Under the pieces are notes generated by a model. The model saw nothing but the letters and a program-made list of their open reading frames with translations, ran no database searches and was not told the DNA's origin. Below are positions 9,790 through 18,384 of a stretch of DNA of 64,000 nucleotides, piece after piece. Position 1 is the stretch's first letter. Every line of letters begins with the position of its first letter. A program made the position numbers and the translations under genes. This DNA comes from a virus. Its lineage: Duplodnaviria > Caudoviricetes. The stretch lies in IMG/VR virus record IMGVR_UViG_3300011008_000028. One strand, written 5' to 3'.

Positions 9790-10291
9790 TGTTCTTCATC
9801 CTTTCCATGAATTCTTCCATAAACATCTTCTCCATTTTTTCGCGATGTTTATCTCGGTCAAACGGTGTGTTAAGCAGAATCTGGACCAGCTCCCGTATAG
9901 GCTCCGGACGTATCTCAGGCAGATCACCGAGTATGTTTTCGATTCTACGTCTAGTCGGAATCACCCCGAGCATTCGATGACGCGACATATATGATGAAAG
10001 GTCAGTTTTCATTTTCGGCGCCCAGAATGCCGTCGATTCGCCCTCTTCTACGAATGAATATATTAATTCGTGTTTGGTATAAGTAGGATAGTTGATGAGG
10101 CATGTTAGTATAAGTTTATCGCCTTTCTTAACATCCATAGCGATAACGTCTTTGACGGTATCATAGTACGGGTATACAACCCACTCGTCATTGAGTTTCG
10201 CACAGGATATGCCATCCTCAAGGTCTGTTTCAATGTCGAGTTTGGCAGCATTATCCTTCACGTAATCGATAAAGTCTTGAATTGTTTTCAT
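9764..10291 (-). CDS. Hypothetical protein
   Basis: ORF track; start moved to MKTIQ after AAAGGAG. Confidence 0.7.
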   Translation of the reverse strand: MKTIQDFIDYVKDNAAKLDIETDLEDGISCAKLNDEWVVYPYYDTVKDVIAMDVKKGDKLILTCLINYPTYTKHELIYSFVEEGESTAFWAPKMKTDLSSYMSRHRMLGVIPTRRRIENILGDLPEIRPEPIRELVQILLNTPFDRDKHREKMEKMFMEEFMERMKNNASSSNSV

Positions 10292-10305
10292 GCCGATTTC
10301 TCCTT

Positions 10306-10626
10306 TCACGCTTTCTTCCCGGGGTGTTTTGCTTCCCACTTCAGTGCTCGTTCATTCCTGTTCTCTTCCCGCTCATTGAGCATATGAATTGCCGATGGAA
10401 TAGTGACAACCAAACAGAAGAGTAGAATTACTGTCGGGATTGTTGACAGATCATCATATCGATCTTCAATGGTCCATGCGATCAGATGCAACTTCTGTTC
10501 CTTGATTGCTTTAACAATCCCTTCGACCAGAATGAACGGGAACAGAATCAGGGTCAACAGGAATGCCATTATATTGGCATACACTTCCTGTATCACATCC
10601 CATGTTTTCTTTAAGAACTTTTTCAT
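10306..10626 (-). CDS. Hypothetical membrane protein (two hydrophobic segments)
   Basis: IMAFLLTLILFPFILV and IPTVILLFCLVVTI; GAGGAGG SD. Confidence 0.7.
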   Translation of the reverse strand: MKKFLKKTWDVIQEVYANIMAFLLTLILFPFILVEGIVKAIKEQKLHLIAWTIEDRYDDLSTIPTVILLFCLVVTIPSAIHMLNEREENRNERALKWEAKHPGKKA

Positions 10627-10766
10627 GATATTATACCTCCTCATGATGAATTTGAGTTCCCATCTTACATATTAAGAATATATAATTATTCACACGGGAT
10701 ATACGGATAAAAAATACACACAGGACCCCAATGGGGTCCTGTGTGTGAGCCGCTGCAGAAAATGAT

Positions 10767-11345
10767 TTACTTCTTAAGCCATGTGAATGCATAGCCGAGA
10801 GCGTTTATCGGTGTCGAGAGCAGGTCAACGAACTTGATTGTATTGGTCAGAGAGTTTACAGTTACAAGAGCAACCTTTACTTCGGGCTCAGGAACCACCG
10901 GTGCAACCTCTGCGGCGAAGATGAAGTCTGTACCCTTTGTGATCTGTGTGCCGAGAAGTGCGAAAGGCTTAACCGAAGAACCTACGAAACCGCTGAGAAC
11001 AGCATCGAATGCCTGCTGTGCTTCCTCAGGAATATCGGTTGTCGGGTTAAGCTGTATGCCGCCGAGAGCCTCGCCGCCTTCGATAACGCGTTCGATGTTA
11101 ACAAGATTGCATTCCATACCCTTCTCATTGAAGATGAGGATGACGATGTTCTTGACATCTCTGCCTGAGAGAACCGTCTGTTCAGCGAGAACAGCGTGAT
11201 TTGTGCCGTTTACAAGCTGCGATCCGAGATAAGCTATAGGTGTGTATTCTGCTCCAAGAAGCTTCTCACCAAGCTCACCGAGTGCTGTTGCCAGCTTCTG
11301 CGGCATGCCTGTAGTTGAAATGTTGATTGTCCATGATCCTATCAT
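10767..11345 (-). CDS. Two-repeat protein with cystatin-like QxVxG motifs
   Basis: Internal duplication: LLGAEYTPIAYLGSQLVNGTNHAVLAE versus FVGSSVKPFALLGTQITKGTDFIFAAE. Confidence 0.6.
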   Translation of the reverse strand: MIGSWTINISTTGMPQKLATALGELGEKLLGAEYTPIAYLGSQLVNGTNHAVLAEQTVLSGRDVKNIVILIFNEKGMECNLVNIERVIEGGEALGGIQLNPTTDIPEEAQQAFDAVLSGFVGSSVKPFALLGTQITKGTDFIFAAEVAPVVPEPEVKVALVTVNSLTNTIKFVDLLSTPINALGYAFTWLKK

Positions 11346-11401
11346 GATGTAATTCCTCCTTTTGGAATATTGATATCTGATTGTTATTGCGATTGAAATT
11401 T

Positions 11402-11776
11402 TTATATTTTATCCTTTCTCAAATGAAGATAGCAATCGTCATTGGCCATGAAACATTCTTGTCCCATAACGTCCCATATGTCAAACCACTTATCGTCAAC
11501 AATATTGCCGATCTTCTCAATTACCGAGTTTTCACCATCACTGGTGAACCGAACGTATTGTCCTTGGAGATCTTCCCATCTCATAACTCCAACAACGTCG
11601 AGTATTGAGCAAATACATCTTATTGCTTCTGGGTGAGGAGCTCTAATTTTACCGCCCAATATATACTCTCCGATCACGGCCTCATATTTATCACTCTGAA
11701 CCGTGATCCTGAACATCAGGTAGTCCGGAGGCGTAAGAAACAGAGATACATCTGTAATTTGTCCATTTAATACCAT
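11402..11776 (-). CDS. Hypothetical protein
   Basis: ORF track; start moved to MVLNG after GAGGAGG. Confidence 0.7.
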   Translation of the reverse strand: MVLNGQITDVSLFLTPPDYLMFRITVQSDKYEAVIGEYILGGKIRAPHPEAIRCICSILDVVGVMRWEDLQGQYVRFTSDGENSVIEKIGNIVDDKWFDIWDVMGQECFMANDDCYLHLRKDKI

Positions 11777-11792
11777 AATTAACCCTCCTCTC

Positions 11793-12056
11793 TTAGTATT
11801 GCGCCCATGTACTCGATGTGCGTTCCAACTTCCAGTATTCACCTTTCGTATACACAAGGTGGTATACGATATCATCATTGGTGAATGCGGCCTTATTACC
11901 GTACGTTTTGGTTGAGGTATAGTGAAGATCATCTTCCGGGATGAACACCAACTGTTTGGCAATATTTGTCATCTCAGTCAGCTTATATCCACCCTCAATC
12001 TGTATCAATGATAATTTCTTACCTTTCAACTTGTCTGTCAGACTTTCAGTCTTCAT
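11793..12056 (-). CDS. Hypothetical protein
   Basis: ORF track, GAGGAGG SD. Confidence 0.7.
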   Translation of the reverse strand: MKTESLTDKLKGKKLSLIQIEGGYKLTEMTNIAKQLVFIPEDDLHYTSTKTYGNKAAFTNDDIVYHLVYTKGEYWKLERTSSTWAQY

Positions 12057-12618
12057 AATATGATACCTCCTCGCAGTATATGATGTCCTTTACCTTCTCG
12101 GCGGTTTCAGGTGTTATCTTCTTATCCTCCAACAGAGTATCGATATCATAGAATGCTTCTTTGATGTTGTCCGGAAGGTCTTTGTATTCATCAACATTGT
12201 TGATTCGATTCTTGATATCGATCTTGTTTACGGTTGTCATCAGTGATTGGAATTCTTTGACAGCAACAGGGCGGCTGTCATTAGGGAACATAGTGCGGAT
12301 ACTATGGTTCCAATCGGCAAGACCATACTGCCCTGCCGACACCACATACATTACCTTCCGATAGAACTTCCCGTTCTCATACTCTGTATAGAGCTTCATT
12401 GAAATTGTCGGTGGATGAGTCGATACCTTCACCACATTTGGTTCGACATAGACATCGACTCGGGTTACACATCCCTCATATGGATCTCGTTCGATCTTCA
12501 TCAACCATCCATCCAGATGAACACATTCACACTCGAAACGTTCACTGTATGATGAGTTAACATCACACCATTTGAAGAACTCTCGAAACTTCAATTGTCT
12601 TCCGTCTCTGTAACTCAT
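12046..12618 (-). CDS. Hypothetical protein
   Basis: ORF track, overlapping operon. Confidence 0.7.
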   Translation of the reverse strand: MSYRDGRQLKFREFFKWCDVNSSYSERFECECVHLDGWLMKIERDPYEGCVTRVDVYVEPNVVKVSTHPPTISMKLYTEYENGKFYRKVMYVVSAGQYGLADWNHSIRTMFPNDSRPVAVKEFQSLMTTVNKIDIKNRINNVDEYKDLPDNIKEAFYDIDTLLEDKKITPETAEKVKDIIYCEEVSYYED

Positions 12619-13160
12619 TCATCATCACTTCCTTCTGAACGTTCAACGATATCAACGTCTTCGATTTTAATATCATCGAAGTTGAAGAGCGGAGTTACAT
12701 GGATTATTGCTTCTCCAGACTTAGGATCGTATCGCTTACTTTGAGTCTTGAATATCGTATTGATCACAACATCGAAAATGGGCCGGTAATGGAACAGGTT
12801 CTCTGGAACAACCAGGACCAGTTCTTTCAGCTGTTCATATACCATCAATGCCCGAAATGATCGATCCAACTTCTCCATGATGTAACTCGGCCTTTTGAAC
12901 ATAGGCCGAAGAAGTCTCTTGGCTTTGAACTTGAATAGTCTTTTCGCCGTATTCGGAATATCGAAGACGTATATCAGGTAGTCATCGTCATCATTTTTGG
13001 CCGTAACATACGTGCGGTTTGGTCCGCTATCGGGACATACGCCCATATCGAATTCATTAACGAATTCATCCGGTGGGGTTTGTGACATCTTTGGAAGGTC
13101 GAGAATGGCGAAATATACATTCGGAATCTTGTCATTCATTGGTATCAACCTGACTTTCAT
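12615..13160 (-). CDS. Hypothetical protein
   Basis: ORF track, overlapping operon. Confidence 0.7.
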   Translation of the reverse strand: MKVRLIPMNDKIPNVYFAILDLPKMSQTPPDEFVNEFDMGVCPDSGPNRTYVTAKNDDDDYLIYVFDIPNTAKRLFKFKAKRLLRPMFKRPSYIMEKLDRSFRALMVYEQLKELVLVVPENLFHYRPIFDVVINTIFKTQSKRYDPKSGEAIIHVTPLFNFDDIKIEDVDIVERSEGSDDE

Positions 13161-13827
13161 ATAGATATAAATGCGTCCCCGGATTGGGGGACTTGTGTTT
13201 GATGATGATTTCGCATATGCCGTCTTGAATCGTGATCTTCTTGATAGGATGAACGATCAGACAATTGTGGTTTGGGTAATTATCGAATGACACCACAGTG
13301 CATTCCTCGAAAGGGACGGTTTTCCAGTCGTTGTCCATGAACCGGAGATAGAAGCATTTGTTCTGCAGCTTCCTCTTGATCTGACCCATCTGCGTGAAAC
13401 TTTGACTCATGTAATTATCCCCGAAGGAATGCAGTGTCCACACTCGTTTCGAATACTGTGGATCAATAGGTGTATGATACAGGGAAACCAAATTGATGAG
13501 CATCTGTGAGTATACCTTGTCATACTCATCTGCGATTATATTATCAATATCAAATTCTGAGTTTGGACTGATGGGTATTCGATGAACATCTCCATGACCA
13601 ATCAATACAATATCTACTTCATCACAGAATTTACCCATCTCAATAAATATACAATCTCGTATATCACGTCGACAAATATCAATTCTTATTACTTTTGGAC
13701 GACCGAGGAGTAGTACGGATTCAGTCTCTGATGCAATGATAACATCATCTCCTATATAGATGGAGTTATTTTTGCATTTTCTAGCCTCGGTAGATATATA
13801 ATTAATAACATCAATAACCTTAACCAT
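13132..13827 (-). CDS. Hypothetical protein
   Basis: ORF track; start MVKVID after GGAGG. Confidence 0.7.
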   Translation of the reverse strand: MVKVIDVINYISTEARKCKNNSIYIGDDVIIASETESVLLLGRPKVIRIDICRRDIRDCIFIEMGKFCDEVDIVLIGHGDVHRIPISPNSEFDIDNIIADEYDKVYSQMLINLVSLYHTPIDPQYSKRVWTLHSFGDNYMSQSFTQMGQIKRKLQNKCFYLRFMDNDWKTVPFEECTVVSFDNYPNHNCLIVHPIKKITIQDGICEIIIKHKSPNPGTHLYLYESQVDTNE

Positions 13828-14422
13828 CCTTTTCCTCCGTAGATCTAAGCACAGCATTTAAGCTGTAACCAGTCCAGCATGTTACTAACTTCTCCCAGAA
13901 TGGCAACCATTTTTCATCTCCCATCTTATCAAGGAGATCTTTCATCATAAGCGGCGTCTCACCCTGATGTATATAAGTGCCGTTTGACATTAAAACGTTC
14001 ACAAGATACTTTTCTCCTGTATTAAGATTCATTTTACGATAATAGAATATAATGCTCATATCATGGGACTCGCATTTGAGCACTATATTATCCGGATCGG
14101 CTTCTAAGTTCGTTTTAACATGGAAACCGATACCACCATACATCCGATATAGATAATCATCTTCTTCTTTACCAAATCCGCCAAACAGAGCGTTCATGAC
14201 ATCCTTATTGAAAGATTTGTCTCCAAGGAATGATGTCAGTTCAGTAACAAAGTCAGAGATTGTTAGAGCATGGAGCATTTCGTAGTGAGCAGCACATTCG
14301 AAAATGAATTGAATATGCTCCTGTGTATCATTCTCATCTGCGGCTTTACGTTCTTTGACGAACTCCGGATCTTCGAGAAGTCTGATCGAGTCCTTAATGT
14401 AATTCAATGTCTTTTGTCTCAT
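13820..14422 (-). CDS. Hypothetical protein
   Basis: ORF track; start MRQKT after AAAGGA. Confidence 0.7.
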   Translation of the reverse strand: MRQKTLNYIKDSIRLLEDPEFVKERKAADENDTQEHIQFIFECAAHYEMLHALTISDFVTELTSFLGDKSFNKDVMNALFGGFGKEEDDYLYRMYGGIGFHVKTNLEADPDNIVLKCESHDMSIIFYYRKMNLNTGEKYLVNVLMSNGTYIHQGETPLMMKDLLDKMGDEKWLPFWEKLVTCWTGYSLNAVLRSTEEKDG

Positions 14423-14483
14423 CTTTAAATCCTTTCTTAATAACAACGATTATCATTCCCTGCCAGATGGGCAGGGAATGATA

Positions 14484-14630
14484 TCATAATACGTAGCCGA
14501 ATACTTCAAGCATAATTTCGGTGACATCAGATGATGTCATTGGAACGAGACCATAGTCTTCCAATCTTTTGTCGCCTATAACAGTGACCCCATTAACGCA
14601 CGGGAGCAAACGAAGTAGACTGTACGACAT
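14484..14630 (-). CDS. 48-aa hypothetical protein (not in ORF track)
   Basis: MSYSLLRLLPCVNGVTVIGDKRLEDYGLVPMTSSDVTEIMLEVFGYVL; AAGGGGG SD; stop abuts hairpin 14451-14483. Confidence 0.65.
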   Translation of the reverse strand: MSYSLLRLLPCVNGVTVIGDKRLEDYGLVPMTSSDVTEIMLEVFGYVL

Positions 14631-14643
14631 TTGTCATTCCCCC

Positions 14644-15063
14644 TTAACACAGTAACATCCACATTAGCCATGTTAGTATGATTTGTAGAATATGACATGA
14701 TTGGTCTGTTACCAGATTTATTACCATCCGGTTAGCTTTCCAGTTATCAATATCGGCATGTAGGATTGTATTCCCAACCAGGAATAACATATACAGCATG
14801 ACATGTTTGAAGTCCATGATATTCCATGAGTACACCATGATTGGAATCATGATCATGAATGACCATTCAAATGCATGTGCAATCAAAGCAACAGCCCAGT
14901 CGAACCTGTACAGCTTCTGGTGGTGTTCATTCATATGTTTGGTTTGCTGTTCCCACCATGACTTCTGTTTCATTTTGGCAAGGATATGTTGCAATACGAA
15001 ATCATCGATGATATGAGCGAAGATCATCATGGGAAGAATGAGAGCATAATTCAGTTGTATCAT
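14644..15063 (-). CDS. DUF3307-like membrane protein
   Basis: AHIIDDFVLQ...HA...HADID..K...DQSCH pattern with several hydrophobic helices. Confidence 0.75.
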   Translation of the reverse strand: MIQLNYALILPMMIFAHIIDDFVLQHILAKMKQKSWWEQQTKHMNEHHQKLYRFDWAVALIAHAFEWSFMIMIPIMVYSWNIMDFKHVMLYMLFLVGNTILHADIDNWKANRMVINLVTDQSCHILQIILTWLMWMLLC

Positions 15064-15064
15064 A

Positions 15065-15673
15065 TCAGTCCCTCTTCTTATTCTTCTCATTGTTCTTCTC
15101 ATTGGTGGTGGTTTCATATACAGTATCAACCTCAACTGCAAATTCAGAAGCAGCCGTCGTTGCAAGCTGATCCGCCTTTTCATTCCACTCATGGCCGGAA
15201 TGACCCATCACATGCGTTAACGCCAGATTTACTGTCTTCTGTTTCAGGGTGTTTTGGATCTGGGTGATCTGTTCCCACAGATCTTTGTTGGTAACGGGTC
15301 TGGGTTTCTTGCCGCCGAATCCAGATGTCATCCAGTTATTCTTCTCCCATTTCGCAACCCAGTTCTGTGTTATTCCCTTTACCAGATACTCGGAGTCAGA
15401 GAATACATTCAGCTGTGTAACATTCTTGAAGAGACCAGAATCATGTTCTTCGATGAACTTCTGAGCTCCTCTGATGAATGCCATCAGTTCCATTCGGTTG
15501 TTGGTGGAGAGACGGAATCCCTGAGATCCCTCCATGGTGTGTTCTTCGGGCATGGAATCGGGATTGGAATCATCCCGATAGCGGATTATCCAACCAAGTC
15601 CAGCCGAACCAGGGTTATGGAGAGATGATCCATCTGTATACATTTCAACAGGCATAGATATCATCTCAATCAC
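15065..15673 (-). CDS. rnhA: Ribonuclease HI
   Basis: YTDGSS, STNNRMEL, SDSEY, NKDLW, GHSG..WNEKADQLA. Confidence 0.93.
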   Translation of the reverse strand: MIEMISMPVEMYTDGSSLHNPGSAGLGWIIRYRDDSNPDSMPEEHTMEGSQGFRLSTNNRMELMAFIRGAQKFIEEHDSGLFKNVTQLNVFSDSEYLVKGITQNWVAKWEKNNWMTSGFGGKKPRPVTNKDLWEQITQIQNTLKQKTVNLALTHVMGHSGHEWNEKADQLATTAASEFAVEVDTVYETTTNEKNNEKNKKRD

Positions 15674-15699
15674 TTCCTTTCTTTTTAATAGATATTGAT

Positions 15700-16149
15700 T
15701 TAGTTCTGCATCTCGATGGTAAAGAAATGCAGAAGCGATATGTTATCATGTTTGACAATATGGAATTGACACGTAAGAACATTCTCGAGAATCTCAAGAA
15801 TCCCGACATATGAATCATCATCTGCATATCGGACTTCAATCTGTTCATATTCTCCATCCTTGATGAACTCTTTGATTGTTCTGACGAGACGAATGTACAG
15901 CTCACCATAGTCAAGAAAGACATCATCAATCATGTGACCGTATTTGTGTGCATACTCTTTCTTGAGTTCACGATCAACATATGGAGCAGGGATCATCAAC
16001 ATGAACGAGTTTTTGACACCGGGTTCAAACTCCCGGATTTCGTACGTCTCCTTCCTCTTTTCCTGTTTGATCCGTTGTGCTTCCTCCTGATTCATCTGGA
16101 AGAATATTTCCTTCGGTCTTGTCCATCTTATTGTCAGTATTGGTACCAT
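15700..16149 (-). CDS. Hypothetical protein
   Basis: ORF track; start uncertain (125-nt overlap with upstream ORF). Confidence 0.6.
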   Translation of the reverse strand: MVPILTIRWTRPKEIFFQMNQEEAQRIKQEKRKETYEIREFEPGVKNSFMLMIPAPYVDRELKKEYAHKYGHMIDDVFLDYGELYIRLVRTIKEFIKDGEYEQIEVRYADDDSYVGILEILENVLTCQFHIVKHDNISLLHFFTIEMQN

Positions 16150-16672
16150 CTTTAAATTCCTTCCTTTTCACCGTGTACCGTATTGCATATACCCCATCTG
16201 CCCACCTTTGAGCAACAGGAGTTCCAGATGGGTTTGGCATCCAGAACTCATCTACTAGAACTCGGAAAAATATCCCGAACATTATATGTTGATCTGGCGG
16301 GACCATGACCGGCGGCGGAAACAAGAAATCCAGTTCGGTGATACCCAAGACTTCTTTGGCCGCATCGAATATTTTGTTTACAGTGCGAGTAAACTTGTCA
16401 TATACATCAAGGTCAAGAATAGCATATACACCATACTTTTTTCTTGCAATGTCCATATCCTCATCCCTACCAATAGCATGGTCCATGAATCGAATATTGA
16501 TCACATCGATTTGTGGGTCGTTGTAATCTACGGGCTCAATGATATAGTAGTCCAGCTTGCCTTTCTCCTCGAGTGCTCTTAATCGATCAATTTCCGGAAT
16601 AATCCATCGATATTCCTTGCATATATTTCCCATCAATAATGACAAGTTTGCCGCACCAATTTTAACAACCAC
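16025..16672 (-). CDS. Hypothetical protein
   Basis: ORF track, GGAGG SD. Confidence 0.7.
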   Translation of the reverse strand: MVVKIGAANLSLLMGNICKEYRWIIPEIDRLRALEEKGKLDYYIIEPVDYNDPQIDVINIRFMDHAIGRDEDMDIARKKYGVYAILDLDVYDKFTRTVNKIFDAAKEVLGITELDFLFPPPVMVPPDQHIMFGIFFRVLVDEFWMPNPSGTPVAQRWADGVYAIRYTVKRKEFKDGTNTDNKMDKTEGNILPDESGGSTTDQTGKEEGDVRNPGV

Positions 16673-16673
16673 A

Positions 16674-18089
16674 TTACTCTTCCTCCCCCATCTTATTTAA
16701 TTTATCCTCGGCCTTACCAATGAGCTTCTTGAACTTTGGATTCCGATTGAGTTTCGTTATACGTTGTAACAGACTTGACTCAATTTTACGGTTCTCCTTT
16801 TGTTTCTTCTTTATTGTGGCTCGTTTGTCGGCTTCGGATGTCATATTCATCTGTTGTCTAAGATGAGTAACATTCATACCCTGTTCTTCCATCATCTTGA
16901 ATACATCCTGGAATTCAAGATCCCCATATGTTAGAACACCCCCAGGGGCAGCAGTCTCCAACATCTTCTCCCTCATAATGAGATCATAGATAAAGAGGGC
17001 GTTCTTGTCGGTCCAAGAAGCATCAAAGTGAATATCATCAAACGGGTTCTTGATTCTCTTGGGTGGTTCAAACATAGAGTGAGTGAGTAGCGTGGATCTA
17101 TTCAGTTGAATATCAGAATCATGATTCTTCGGATTCGACTGAATCTTCATCAATATGTCATGGAGATTGTCACGGACATATTTCTTTCTCTTGGAGAGTT
17201 TCCGTTTCTTCTTGGAACGGAATCGGTGGTACTTGTTCCCTTCATAACCCTTCAGTTCAGATCGTTTGAACTCCTTGACGTAAATGTCTTCTGGATGCTC
17301 TTCATGATCAAGAATGTATTGGACTTCTTCAGGGGAGAGAAGCCTCTTCATTGCTTCTTCATCATCTTCCTCGGGTTCATCCCATCCATCATCCATATAC
17401 CATGCATTCTCTTCCTGTTTCTCCTGCGAGAGAAGATCCGAGGGATCCAGGTCTGGGTTGGATATATACTGTATCAGGAGATCTTTGTTATAACGATCCA
17501 TATGCCGCAGTTTCGGTATCGGGATACGGTTGTGATATATTCGGCCATCGGAGATCATCTTCCAGAACTCTTCATCGGAATGGAGATAGTTCTCTTTCTT
17601 CTCCAGCAATTCCCATGCCTCGACCACAATCCTCATTGCCAGGACATACTTGTCTACTTGGCCATAGGTAGTCTTAAGCCCAGACAGCTTGGTTGCAATC
17701 TCATTCAGGGAATCAAGCTTTGCCCTTTCTTCGTCCGAGATATGATAAATGTCCTGCTCGGAATAATCATGCACCAGGCAATATCGACATGACTCTCGGA
17801 TCTGTTCTAACTCGGCTTCCGTGTATTTGTGTTCACGAACCTCCGTATACCTTTTAAAGTGAAGATACTCTTCAAACTCATCAGGTCTTCTAGCAATTCC
17901 CGATGATGAGGGATTCTCTTCTTCCTGCATCTTTGCGATTTCCTTACTGGTGACGAATGTTTCCGCATCTTCATCATCTTCCTCAAAAGTACGGCGATGA
18001 TATTTTGCTCCGGTGTATTCGCCGGTATCAGGGTCAAATCCGGAACTTTCCATCATCTCTTGGTACTTTTCAAATATGGTCTTGCCCAT
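16674..18089 (-). CDS. Hypothetical highly charged protein
   Basis: ORF track; start MGKT after GAGGAGG; TATATTAT motif at 18121-18128. Confidence 0.8.
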   Translation of the reverse strand: MGKTIFEKYQEMMESSGFDPDTGEYTGAKYHRRTFEEDDEDAETFVTSKEIAKMQEEENPSSSGIARRPDEFEEYLHFKRYTEVREHKYTEAELEQIRESCRYCLVHDYSEQDIYHISDEERAKLDSLNEIATKLSGLKTTYGQVDKYVLAMRIVVEAWELLEKKENYLHSDEEFWKMISDGRIYHNRIPIPKLRHMDRYNKDLLIQYISNPDLDPSDLLSQEKQEENAWYMDDGWDEPEEDDEEAMKRLLSPEEVQYILDHEEHPEDIYVKEFKRSELKGYEGNKYHRFRSKKKRKLSKRKKYVRDNLHDILMKIQSNPKNHDSDIQLNRSTLLTHSMFEPPKRIKNPFDDIHFDASWTDKNALFIYDLIMREKMLETAAPGGVLTYGDLEFQDVFKMMEEQGMNVTHLRQQMNMTSEADKRATIKKKQKENRKIESSLLQRITKLNRNPKFKKLIGKAEDKLNKMGEEE

Positions 18090-18120
18090 AATAAGCCTCC
18101 TCTCATATAGCTTCAAGTTA

Positions 18121-18128
18121 ATAATATA
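18121..18128 (-). promoter_or_regulatory. Phage early-type promoter motif TATATTAT (representative minus-strand copy)
   Basis: Same motif, oriented toward the downstream gene, at 2624, 18121, 23697, 31071, 34374 and 40140. Confidence 0.7.
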
Positions 18129-18194
18129 TATCTAAGAAATGTGTATAAACTATCAAACGAAATAATCCATCAGGCTAATTGTACCCTATAAAAG

Positions 18195-18305
18195 TCGGCG
18201 GGCGCTATTCGGTGGTGACTCGGGTCACGGTGCTGGGGATGGTGCATTCAGTTGCTACCTGAATGGTACTGTGTCTTTTTCCTACTGGTATTTTGGCGCC
18301 CGACT
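18195..18305 (+). repeat. DGR variable-repeat-like cassette, copy 1 (intergenic, no upstream start)
   Basis: 95/111 identical to 45475-45585. Translates RRALFGGDSGHGAGDGAFSCYLNGTVSFSYWYFGARL. In-frame TAA at 18163-18165 and no ATG before the repeat. Confidence 0.85.
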
Positions 18306-18330
18306 TTTAGGAATTCATAAAAGGTCCCAA

Positions 18331-18370
18331 ACACCACACATCCGCCCAGACACGGGCGGATGTGTGGTGT
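18331..18370. terminator. 17-bp-stem hairpin: terminator of the convergent gene and/or DGR-type target hairpin
   Basis: acaccacacatccgccc-agacac-gggcggatgtgtggtgt, 25 nt after cassette copy 1. Confidence 0.7.
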
Positions 18371-18384
18371 GTTTATTGGGCAGA

